Shown here: piece by piece, positions 44,401 through 58,936 of the stretch | How the letters are laid out: every line of letters starts with the position of its first letter | Position numbering within the stretch: position 1 is the first letter of the stretch | Origin: Eledone cirrhosa | Lineage: Eukaryota | Direction: 5' to 3' | Length of the DNA stretch: 64,000 bases | NCBI GenBank assembly: GCA_964016885.1 | Contig: OZ024740.1 | Span: forward strand, 304,482,001-304,546,000 | Notes under the pieces: model-generated | What the model was told of the DNA's origin: nothing | Seen by the model: the letters and a program-made list of their open reading frames with translations, nothing else | Databases searched by the model: none | Made by a program: the position numbers and the translations under genes

Positions 44401-47400
44401 AATAACTACTACCACTACACCCATCTGTTCACTCATTGTTGACCTAAACAGCATCAATAACTACTACCACTACACCCATCTGTTCACTCATTGTTGACCT
44501 AAACAGCATCAATAACTACTACCACTACACCCATCTGTTCACTCATTGTTGACCTAAACAGCATCAATAACTACTACCACTACACCCATCTGTTCACTCA
44601 GCGTTGACCTAAACAGCATCAATAACTACTACCACTACACCCATCTGTTCACTCATTGTTGACCTAAATAGCATCAATAACTACTACCACTACACCCATC
44701 TGTTCACTCATTGTTGACCTAAACAGCATCAATAACTGCTACCACTACACCCATCTGTTGACTCATTGTTGAGCTAAACAGCATCAATAACTACTACCAC
44801 TACACCCATCTGTTCACTCATTGTTGACCTAAACAGCATCAATAACTACTACCACTACACCCATCTGTTCACTCAGCGTTGACCTAAACAGCATCAACAA
44901 CTACTACCACTACACCCATCTGTTCACTCATTGTTGACCTAAACAGCATCAATAACTACTACCACTACACCCATCTGTTCACTCATTGTTGACCTAAACA
45001 GTATCAATAACTACTACCACTACATCCATCAGTTCACTCATTGTTGAATTAAACAGCATCAATAACTACTACCACTACACCCATCTGTTCACTCATTGTT
45101 GACCTAAACAGCATCAATAACTACTACCACTACACCCATCTGTTCACTCATTGTTGACCTAAACAGCATCAATAACTACTACCACTACACCCATCTGTTC
45201 ACTCATTGTTGACCTAAACAGTATCAATAACTACTACCACTACATCCATCAGTTCACTCATTGTTGAATTAAACAGCATCAATAACTACTACCACTACAC
45301 CCATCTGTTCACTCATTGTTGACCTAAACAGCATCAATAACTACTACCACTACACCCATCTGTTCACTCATTGTTGACCTAAACAGTATCAATAACTACT
45401 ACCACTACATCCATCAGTTCACTCATTGTTGACCTAAACAGCATCAATAACTACTACCACTACACCCATCTGTTCACTCATTGTTGACCTAAACAGCATC
45501 AATAACTACTACCACTACACCCATCTGTTCACTCAGCGTTGACCTAAACAGCATCAATAACTACTACCACTACACCCATCTGTTGACTCATTGTTGAGCT
45601 AAACAGTATCAATAACTACTACCACTACACCCATCTGTTCACTCATTGTTGACCTAAACAGCATCAATAACTACTACCACTACACCCATCTGTTCACTCA
45701 GCGTTGACCTAAACAGCATCAATAACTACTACCACTACACCCATCTGTTGACTCATTGTTGAGCTAAACAGCATCAATAACTACTACCACTACACCCATC
45801 TGTTCACTCATTGTTGACCTAAACAGCATCAATAACTACTACCACTACACCCATCTGTTCACTCAGCGTTGACCTAAACAGCATCAATAACTACTACCAC
45901 TACACCCATCTGTTGACTCATTGTTGAGCTAAATAGCATCAATAACTACTACCACTACACCCATCTGTTCACTCATTGTTGACCTAAACAGTATCAATAA
46001 CTACTACCATTACACCCATCTGTCACTCATTGTTGACCTAAACAGTATCAATAACTACTACCACTACACCCATCTGTTCACTCATTGTTGACCTAAACAG
46101 TATCAATAACTACTACCACTACACCCATCTGTTCACTCATTGTTGACCTAAACAGCATCAATAACTACTACCACTACACCCATCTGTTCACTCAGCGTTG
46201 ACCTAAACAGCATCAATAACTACTACCACTACACCCATCTGTTCACTCAGCGTTGACCTAAACAGCATCAATAACTGCTACCACTACACCCATCTGTCAC
46301 TCATTGTTGACCTAAACAGCATCAACAACTACTACCACTACACCCATCTGTTCACTCATTGTTCACCTAAACAGCATCAATAACTACTACCACTAGACCC
46401 ATCTGTTCAATCATGGTTGACCTAAACAGCATCAATAACTACTACCACTACACCCATCTGTTCACTCATTGTTGACCTAAACAGCATCAATAACTACTAC
46501 CACTACACCCATCTGTTCACTCATTGTTGACCTAAACAGCATCAATAACTACTACCACTACACCCATCTGTTCAATCATGGTTGACCGAAACAGCATCAA
46601 TAACTACTACCACTACACTCATCTGTTCACTCATTGTTGACCTAAACAGCATCAATAACTACTACCACTACACCCATCTGTCACTCATTGTTGACCTAAA
46701 CAGTATCAATAACTACTACCACTACACCCATCTGTTCACTCATTGTTGACCTAAACAGCATCAATAACTACTACCACTACACCCATCTGTTCACTCATGG
46801 TTGACCTAAACAGCATCAATAACTACTACCACTACACCCATCTGTTCACTCATTGTTGACCTAAACAGCATCAATAACTACTACCACTACACCCATCTGT
46901 TCAATCATGGTTGACCGAAACAGCATCAATAACTACTACCACTACACTCATCTGTTCACTCATTGTTGACCTAAACAGCATCAATAACTACTACCACTAC
47001 ACCCATCTGTCACTCATTGTTGACCTAAACAGTATCAATAACTACTACCACTACACCCATCTGTTCACTCATTGTTGACCTAAACAGCATCAATAACTAC
47101 TACCACTACACCCATCTGTTCACTCATTGTTGACCTAAACAGCATCAATAACTACTACCACTACACCCATCTGTTCACTCATTGTTGACCTAAACAGCAT
47201 CAATAACTACTACCACTACACCCATCTGTTCACTCATTGTTGACCTAAACAGCATCAACAACTACTACCACTACACCCATCTGTTCACTCATTGTTGACC
47301 TAAACAGTATCAATAACTACTACCACTACACCCATCTGTTCACTCATTGTTGACCTAAACAGTATCAATAACTATTACCACTACACCCATCTGTTCACTC

Positions 47401-50400
47401 ATTGTTGACCTAAACAGCATCAATAACTGCTACCACTACACCCATCTGTTCACTCATTGTTGACCTAAACAGTATCAATAACTATTACCACTACACCCAT
47501 CTGTTCACTCATTGATGACCTAAACAGCATCAATAACTACTACCACTACACCCATCTGTCCACTCATTGTTGACCTAAACAGCATCAATAACTACTACCA
47601 CTACACCCATCTGTTCACTCATTGTTCACCTAAACAGCATCAATAACTACTACCACTACACCCATCTGTTCACTCATTGTTGACCTAAACAGTATCAATA
47701 ACTACTACCACTACACCCATCTGTTCACTCATTGTTGACCTAAACAGCATCAATAACTGCTACCACTACACCCATCTGTTCACTCATTGTTGACCTAAAC
47801 AGCATCAATAACTACTACCACTACACCCATCTGTTCACTCAGCGTTGACCTAAACAGCATCAATAACTACTACCACTACACCCATCTGTTCACTCATTGT
47901 TGACCTCAACAGCATCAATAACTACTACCACTACACCCATCTGTTCACTCATTGTTGACCTAAACAGCATCAATAACTACTACCACTACACCCATCTGTT
48001 CACTCATTGTTGACCTAAATAGCATCAATAACTACTACCACTACACCCATCTGTTCACTCATTGTTGACCTAAACAGCATCAATAACTGCTACCACTACA
48101 CCCATCTGTTGACTCATTGTTGAGCTAAACAGCATCAATAACTACTACCACTACACCCATCTGTTCACTCATTGTTGACCTAAACAGCATCAATAACTGC
48201 TACCACTACACCCATCTGTTCACTCATTGTTGACCTAAACAGCATCAATAACTACTACCACTACACCCATCTGTCCACTCATTGTTGACCTAAACAGCAT
48301 CAATAACTGCTACCACTACACCCATCTGTTCACTCATTGTTGACCTAAACAGCATCAATAACTACTACCACTACACCCATCTGTTCACTCATTGTTGACC
48401 TAAACAGTATCAATAACTACTACCACTACACCCATCTGTTCACTCATTGTTGACCTAAACAGCATCAATAACTGCTACCACTACACCCATCTGTTCACTC
48501 ATTGTTGACCTAAACAGCATCAATAACTACTACCACTACACCCATCTGTTCACTCAGCGTTGACCTAAACAGCATCAATAACTACTACCACTACACCCAT
48601 CTGTTCACTCATTGTTGACCTCAACAGCATCAATAACTACTACCACTACACCCATCTGTTCACTCATTGTTGACCTAAATAGCATCAATAACTACTACCA
48701 CTACACCCATCTGTTGACTCATTGTTGAGCTAAATAGCATCAATATCTACTACCACTACACCCATCTGTTCACTCATTGTTGACCTAAACAGTATCAATA
48801 AATACTACCACTACATCCATCAGTTCACTCATTGTTGACCTAAACAGCATCAATAACTACTACCACTACACCCATCTGTTCACTCATTGTTGACCTAAAC
48901 AGCATCAACAACTACTACCACTACACCCATCTGTTCACTCAGCGTTGACCTAAACAGCATCAATAACTACTACCACTACACCCATCTTTTCACTCATTGT
49001 TGACCTAAACAGCATCAATAACTACTACCACTACACCCATCTGTTCACTCATTGTTGACCTAAACAGCATCAATAACTACTACCACTACACCCATCTGTT
49101 CACTCATTGTTGACCTAAACAGCATCAATAACTACTACCACTACACCCATCTGTTCACTCAGCGTTGACCTAAACAGCATCAATAACTACTACCACTACA
49201 CCCATCTGTCCACTCATTGTTGACCTAAACAGCATCAATAACTGCTACCACTACACCCATCTGTTCACTCATTGTTGAGCTAAATAGTATCAATAACTAC
49301 TACCACTACACCCATCTGCTCACTCATTGTTGACCTAAACAGTATCATTAACTACTACCACTACACCCATCTGTTCACTCATTGTTGACCTAAACAGCAT
49401 CAATAACTGCTACCACTACACCCATCTGTTCACTCATTGTTGACCTAAACAGCATCAATAACTACTACCACTACACCCATCTGTTCACTCAGCGTTGACC
49501 TAAACAGCATCAATAACTACTACCACTACACCCATCTGTTCACTCATTGTTGACCTAAATAGCATCAATAACTACTACCACTACACCCATCTGTTCACTC
49601 ATTGTTGACCTAAATAGCATCAATAACTACTACCACTACACCCATCTGTTGACTCATTGTTGAGCTAAATAGCATCAATAACTACTACCACTACACCCAT
49701 CTGTTCACTCATTGTTGACCTAAACAGCATCAATAACTGCTACCACTACACCCATCTGTTCACTCATTGTTGACCTAAACAGCATCAATAACTACTACCA
49801 CTACACCCATCTGTTCACTCATTGTTGACCTAAACAGCATCAACAACTACTACCACTACACCCATCTGTTCACTCATTGTTGACCTAAACAGCATCAATA
49901 ACTACTACCACTACACCCATCTGTCCACTCATTGTTGACCTAAACAGCATCAATAACTGCTACCACTACACCCATCTGTTCACTCATTGTTGACCTAAAC
50001 AGCATCAATAACTACTACCACTACACCCATCTGTTCACTCATTGTTGACCTAAACAGTATCAATAACTACTACCACTACACCCATCTGTTCACTCATTGT
50101 TGACCTAAACAGCATCAATAACTGCTACCACTACACCCATCTGTTCACTCATTGTTGACCTAAACAGCATCAATAACTACTACCACTACACCCATCTGTT
50201 CACTCAGCGTTGACCTAAACAACATCAATAACTACTACCACTACACCCATCTGTTCACTCATTGTTGACCTCAACAGCATCAATAACTACTACCACTACA
50301 CCCATCTGTTCACTCATTGTTGACCTAAATAGCATCAATAACTACTATCACTACACCCATCTGTTGACTCATTGTTGAGCTAAATAGCATCAATATCTAC

Positions 50401-52672
50401 TACCACTACACCCATCTGTTCACTCATTGTTGACCTAAACAGTATCAATAAATACTACCACTACATCCATCAGTTCACTCATTGTTGACCTAAACAGCAT
50501 CAATAACTACTACCACTACACCCATCTGTTCACTCATTGTTGACCTAAACAGCATCAACAACTACTACCACTACACCCATCTGTTCACTCAGCGTTGACC
50601 TAAACAGCATCAATAACTACTACCACTACACCCATCTGTTCACTCATTGTTGACCTAAACAGCATCAATAACTACTACCACTACACCCATCTGTTCACTC
50701 ATTGTTGACCTAAACAGCATCAATAACTACTACCACTACACCCATCTGTTCACTCATTGTTGACCTAAACAGCATCAATAACTACTACCACTACACCCAT
50801 CTGTTCACTCAGCGTTGACCTAAACAGCATCAATAACTACTACCACTACACCCATCTGTTCACTCATTGTTGACCTAAATAGCATCAATAACTACTACCA
50901 CTACACCCATCTGTTCACTCATTGTTGACCTAAACAGCATCAATAACTGCTACCACTACACCCATCTGTTGACTCATTGTTGAGCTAAACAGCATCAATA
51001 ACTACTACCACTACACCCATCTGTTCACTCATTGTTGACCTAAACAGCATCAATAACTACTACCACTACACCCATCTGTTCACTCAGCGTTGACCTAAAC
51101 AGCATCAACAACTACTACCACTACACCCATCTGTTCACTCATTGTTGACCTAAACAGCATCAATAACTACTACCACTACACCCATCTGTTCACTCATTGT
51201 TGACCTAAACAGTATCAATAACTACTACCACTACATCCATCAGTTCACTCATTGTTGAATTAAACAGCATCAATAACTACTACCACTACACCCATCTGTT
51301 CACTCATTGTTGACCTAAACAGCATCAATAACTACTACCACTACACCCATCTGTTCACTCATTGTTGACCTAAACAGCATCAATAACTACTACCACTACA
51401 CCCATCTGTTCACTCATTGTTGACCTAAACAGTATCAATAACTACTACCACTACATCCATCAGTTCACTCATTGTTGAATTAAACAGCATCAATAACTAC
51501 TACCACTACACCCATCTGTTCACTCATTGTTGACCTAAACAGCATCAATAACTACTACCACTACACCCATCTGTTCACTCATTGTTGACCTAAACAGTAT
51601 CAATAACTACTACCACTACATCCATCAGTTCACTCATTGTTGACCTAAACAGCATCAATAACTACTACCACTACACCCATCTGTTCACTCATTGTTGACC
51701 TAAACAGCATCAATAACTACTACCACTACACCCATCTGTTCACTCAGCGTTGACCTAAACAGCATCAATAACTACTACCACTACACCCATCTGTTGACTC
51801 ATTGTTGAGCTAAACAGTATCAATAACTACTACCACTACACCCATCTGTTCACTCATTGTTGACCTAAACAGCATCAATAACTACTACCACTACACCCAT
51901 CTGTTCACTCAGCGTTGACCTAAACAGCATCAATAACTACTACCACTACACCCATCTGTTGACTCATTGTTGAGCTAAACAGCATCAATAACTACTACCA
52001 CTACACCCATCTGTTCACTCATTGTTGACCTAAACAGCATCAATAACTACTACCACTACACCCATCTGTTCACTCAGCGTTGACCTAAACAGCATCAATA
52101 ACTACTACCACTACACCCATCTGTTGACTCATTGTTGAGCTAAATAGCATCAATAACTACTACCACTACACCCATCTGTTCACTCATTGTTGACCTAAAC
52201 AGTATCAATAACTACTACCATTACACCCATCTGTCACTCATTGTTGACCTAAACAGTATCAATAACTACTACCACTACACCCATCTGTTCACTCATTGTT
52301 GACCTAAACAGTATCAATAACTACTACCACTACACCCATCTGTTCACTCATTGTTGACCTAAACAGCATCAATAACTACTACCACTACACCCATCTGTTC
52401 ACTCAGCGTTGACCTAAACAGCATCAATAACTACTACCACTACACCCATCTGTTCACTCAGCGTTGACCTAAACAGCATCAATAACTGCTACCACTACAC
52501 CCATCTGTCACTCATTGTTGACCTAAACAGCATCAACAACTACTACCACTACACCCATCTGTTCACTCATTGTTCACCTAAACAGCATCAATAACTACTA
52601 CCACTAGACCCATCTGTTCAATCATGGTTGACCTAAACAGCATCAATAACTACTACCACTACACCCATCTGT
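35479..52672. repeat. nested tandem duplications of 6211 bp (113 units) and 4726 bp (86 units)
   Basis: CTTTTC variant at 38051/44262/48988; CCATTAC variant at 41284/46010/52221; TATCACT at 39411/50348 and GCTCAC at 38382/49319 (offset 10937 = 6211 + 4726). Confidence 0.9.
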
Positions 52673-55600
52673 CACTCATTGTTGACCTAAACAGTATCAA
52701 TAACTACTACCACTACACCCATCTGTTCAATCATGGTTGACCGAAACAGCATCAATAACTACTACCACTACACCCATCTGTTCACTCATTGTTCACCTAA
52801 ACAGCATCAATAACTACTACCACTACACTCATCTGTTCACTCATTGTTGACCTAAACAGCATCAATAACTGCTACCACTACACCCATCTGTCACTCATTG
52901 TTGACCTAAACAGTATCAATAACTACTACCACTACACCCATCTGTTCACTCATTGTTGACCTAAACAGCATCAATAACTACTACCACTACACCCATCTGT
53001 TCACTCATTGTTCACCTAAACAGCATCAATAACTACTACCACTACACCCATCTGTTCACTCATTGTTGACCTAAACAGCATCAATAACTACTACCACTAC
53101 ACCCATCTGTTCACTCATTGTTGACCTAAACAGCATCAATAACTACTACCACTACACCCATCTGTTCACTCATTGTTGACCTAAACAGTATCAATAACTA
53201 CTACCACTACATCCATCAGTTCACTCATTGTTGAATTAAACAGCATCAATAACTACTACCACTACACCCATCTGTTCACTCATGGTTGACATAAACAGCA
53301 TCAATAACTACTACCACTACACCCATCTGTTCACTCATTGTTGACCTAAACAGCATCAATAACTACTACCACTACACCCATCTGTTCACTCATTGTTGAC
53401 CTAAACAGTATCAATAACTACTACCACTACATCCATCAGTTCACTCATTGTTGAATTAAACAGCATCAATAACTACTACCACTACACCCATCTGTTCACT
53501 CATGGTTGACATAAACAGCATCAATAACTACTACCACTACACCCATCTGTTCACTCATTGTTGACCTAAACAGCATCAATAACTACTACCACTACACCCA
53601 TCTGTTCACTCATTGTTGACCTAAACAGCATCAATAACTACTACCACTACACCCATCTGTTCACTCATTGTTGACCTAAACAGCATCAATAACTACTACC
53701 ACTACACCCATCTGTTCACTCATTGTTGACCTAAACAGTATCAATAACTACTACCACTACATCCATCAGTTCACTCATTGTTGAATTAAACAGCATCAAT
53801 AACTACTACCACTACACCCATCTGTTCACTCATTGTTGACATAAACAGCATCAATAACTACTACCACTACACCCATCTGTTCACTCATTGTTGACCTAAA
53901 CAGTATCAATAACTACTACCACTACATCCATCAGTTCACTCATTGTTGACCTAAACAGCATCAATAACTACTACCACTACACCCATCTGTTCACTCATTG
54001 TTGACCTAAACAGCATCAATAACTACTACCACTACACCCATCTGTTCACTCAGCGTTGACCTAAACAGCATCAATAACTACTACCACTACACCCATCTGT
54101 TCACTTATTGTTGACCTAAACAGCATCAATAACTACTACCACTACACCCATCTGTTCACTCATTGTTGACCTAAACAGCATCAATAACTACTACCACTAC
54201 ACCCATCAGTTCACTCATTGTTGACCTAAACAGCTTCAATAACTGCTACCACTACACCCATCTGTTCACTCATTGTTGACCTAAACAGTATCAATGACTA
54301 CTACCACTACACCCATCAGTTCACTCATTGTTGACCTAAACAGCTTCAATAACTGCTACCACTACACCCATCTGTTCACTCATTGTTGACCTAAACAGTA
54401 TCAATGACTACTACCACTACACCCATCTGTTCACTCAGCATTGACCTAAACAGTATCAATAACTATTACCACTACACCCATCTGTTCACTCATTGATGAC
54501 CTAAACAGCATCAATAACTACTACCACTACACCCATCTGTTCACTCATTGTTGACCTAAACAGCATCAATAACTACTACCACTACACCCATCTGTTCACT
54601 CATTGTTGACCTAAACAGCATCAATAACTACTACCACTACACCCATCTATTCACTCATTGTTGACCTAAACAGCATCAATAACTACTACCACTACACCCA
54701 TCTGTTCACTCATTGTTGACCTAAACAGTATCAATAACTACTACCACTACACCCATCTGTTGACTCATTGTTGACCTAAACAGCATCAATAACTACTACC
54801 ACTACACCCATCTGTTCACTCATTGTTGACCTAAACAGTATCAATAACTACTACCACTACACCCATCTGTTCACTCAGCGTTGACCTAAACAGCATCAAT
54901 AACTACTACCACTACACCCATCTGTTCACTCAGCGTTGACCTAAACAGCATCAATAACTACTACCACTACACCCATCTGTTCACTCATTGTTGACCTAAA
55001 CAGCATCAATAACTGCTACCACTACACCCATCAGTTCACTCATTGTTGACCTAAACAGCATCAACAACTACTACCACTACACCCATCTGTTCACTCATTG
55101 TTGACCTAAACAGTATCAATAACTGCTACCACTACACCCATCAGTTCACTCATTGTTGACCTAAACAGCATCAATAACTACTACCACTACACCCATCTGT
55201 TCACTCATTGTTGACCTAAACAGCATAAATAACTACTACCACTACACCCATCTGTTCACTCAGCGTTGACCTAAACAGCATCAATAACTACTACCACTAC
55301 ACCCATCTGTTCACTCAGCGTTGACCTAAACAGCATCAATAACTACTACCACTACACCCATCTGTTCACTCAGCGTTCACCTAAACAGCATCAATAACTG
55401 CTACCACTACACCCATCTGTCACTCATTGTTGACCTAAACAGCATCAACAACTACTACCACTACACCCATCTGTTCACTCATTGTTCACCTAAACAGCAT
55501 CAATAACTACTACCACTACACCCATCTGTTCACTCATTGTTTACCTAAACAGCATCAATAACTACTACCACTACACCCATCTGTTCACTCATGGTTGACC

Positions 55601-58600
55601 TAAACAGCATCAATAACTACTACCACTACACCCATCTGTTCACTCATTGTTGACCTAAACAGCATCAATAACTACTACCACTACACCCATCTGTTCACTC
55701 ATTGTTGACCTAAACAGCATCAATAACTACTACCACTACACCCATCTGTTCACTCATGGTTGACCTAAACAGCATCAATAACTACTACCACTACACCCAT
55801 CTGTCACTCATTGTTGACCTAAACAGTATCAATAACTACTACCACTACACCCATCTGTTCAATCATGGTTGACCGAAACAGCATCAATAACTACTACCAC
55901 TACACCCATCTGTTCACTCATTGTTCACCTAAACAGCATCAATAACTACTACCACTACACTCATCTGTTCACTCATTGTTGACCTAAACAGCATCAATAA
56001 CTGCTACCACTACACCCATCTGTCACTCATTGTTGACCTAAACAGTATCAATAACTACTACCACTACACCCATCTGTTCACTCATTGTTGACCTAAACAG
56101 CATCAATAACTACTACCACTACACCCATCTGTTCACTCATTGTTCACCTAAACAGCATCAATAACTACTACCACTACACCCATCTGTTCACTCATTGTTG
56201 ACCTAAACAGCATCAATAACTACTACCACTACACCCATCTGTTCACTCATTGTTGACCTAAACAGCATCAATAACTACTACCACTACACCCATCTGTTCA
56301 CTCATTGTTGACCTAAACAGTATCAATAACTACTACCACTACATCCATCAGTTCACTCATTGTTGAATTAAACAGCATCAATAACTACTACCACTACACC
56401 CATCTGTTCACTCATGGTTGACATAAACAGCATCAATAACTACTACCACTACACCCATCTGTTCACTCATTGTTGACCTAAACAGCATCAATAACTACTA
56501 CCACTACACCCATCTGTTCACTCATTGTTGACCTAAACAGTATCAATAACTACTACCACTACATCCATCAGTTCACTCATTGTTGAATTAAACAGCATCA
56601 ATAACTACTACCACTACACCCATCTGTTCACTCATGGTTGACATAAACAGCATCAATAACTACTACCACTACACCCATCTGTTCACTCATTGTTGACCTA
56701 AACAGCATCAATAACTACTACCACTACACCCATCTGTTCACTCATTGTTGACCTAAACAGCATCAATAACTACTACCACTACACCCATCTGTTCACTCAT
56801 TGTTGACCTAAACAGCATCAATAACTACTACCACTACACCCATCTGTTCACTCATTGTTGACCTAAACAGTATCAATAACTACTACCACTACATCCATCA
56901 GTTCACTCATTGTTGAATTAAACAGCATCAATAACTACTACCACTACACCCATCTGTTCACTCATTGTTGACATAAACAGCATCAATAACTACTACCACT
57001 ACACCCATCTGTTCACTCATTGTTGACCTAAACAGTATCAATAACTACTACCACTACATCCATCAGTTCACTCATTGTTGACCTAAACAGCATCAATAAC
57101 TACTACCACTACACCCATCTGTTCACTCATTGTTGACCTAAACAGCATCAATAACTACTACCACTACACCCATCTGTTCACTCAGCGTTGACCTAAACAG
57201 CATCAATAACTACTACCACTACACCCATCTGTTCACTTATTGTTGACCTAAACAGCATCAATAACTACTACCACTACACCCATCTGTTCACTCATTGTTG
57301 ACCTAAACAGCATCAATAACTACTACCACTACACCCATCAGTTCACTCATTGTTGACCTAAACAGCTTCAATAACTGCTACCACTACACCCATCTGTTCA
57401 CTCATTGTTGACCTAAACAGTATCAATGACTACTACCACTACACCCATCAGTTCACTCATTGTTGACCTAAACAGCTTCAATAACTGCTACCACTACACC
57501 CATCTGTTCACTCATTGTTGACCTAAACAGTATCAATGACTACTACCACTACACCCATCTGTTCACTCAGCATTGACCTAAACAGTATCAATAACTATTA
57601 CCACTACACCCATCTGTTCACTCATTGATGACCTAAACAGCATCAATAACTACTACCACTACACCCATCTGTTCACTCATTGTTGACCTAAACAGCATCA
57701 ATAACTACTACCACTACACCCATCTGTTCACTCATTGTTGACCTAAACAGCATCAATAACTACTACCACTACACCCATCTATTCACTCATTGTTGACCTA
57801 AACAGCATCAATAACTACTACCACTACACCCATCTGTTCACTCATTGTTGACCTAAACAGTATCAATAACTACTACCACTACACCCATCTGTTGACTCAT
57901 TGTTGACCTAAACAGCATCAATAACTACTACCACTACACCCATCTGTTCACTCATTGTTGACCTAAACAGTATCAATAACTACTACCACTACACCCATCT
58001 GTTCACTCAGCGTTGACCTAAACAGCATCAATAACTACTACCACTACACCCATCTGTTCACTCAGCGTTGACCTAAACAGCATCAATAACTACTACCACT
58101 ACACCCATCTGTTCACTCATTGTTGACCTAAACAGCATCAATAACTGCTACCACTACACCCATCAGTTCACTCATTGTTGACCTAAACAGCATCAACAAC
58201 TACTACCACTACACCCATCTGTTCACTCATTGTTGACCTAAACAGTATCAATAACTGCTACCACTACACCCATCAGTTCACTCATTGTTGACCTAAACAG
58301 CATCAATAACTACTACCACTACACCCATCTGTTCACTCATTGTTGACCTAAACAGCATAAATAACTACTACCACTACACCCATCTGTTCACTCAGCGTTG
58401 ACCTAAACAGCATCAATAACTACTACCACTACACCCATCTGTTCACTCAGCGTTGACCTAAACAGCATCAATAACTACTACCACTACACCCATCTGTTCA
58501 CTCAGCGTTCACCTAAACAGCATCAATAACTGCTACCACTACACCCATCTGTCACTCATTGTTGACCTAAACAGCATCAACAACTACTACCACTACACCC

Positions 58601-58936
58601 ATCTGTTCACTCATTGTTCACCTAAACAGCATCAATAACTACTACCACTACACCCATCTGTTCACTCATTGTTTACCTAAACAGCATCAATAACTACTAC
58701 CACTACACCCATCTGTTCACTCATGGTTGACCTAAACAGCATCAATAACTACTACCACTACACCCATCTGTTCACTCATTGTTGACCTAAACAGCATCAA
58801 TAACTACTACCACTACACCCATCTGTTCACTCATTGTTGACCTAAACAGCATCAATAACTACTACCACTACACCCATCTGTTCACTCATGGTTGACCTAA
58901 ACAGCATCAATAACTACTACCACTACACCCATCTGT
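52622..58936. repeat. tandem duplication of 3132 bp (57 units)
   Basis: CAGCATTG at 54436/57568; CATGGTTGACATA at 53281/56413 and 53501/56633; AATGAC at 54296/57428 and 54406/57538; all offset 3132. Confidence 0.9.
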
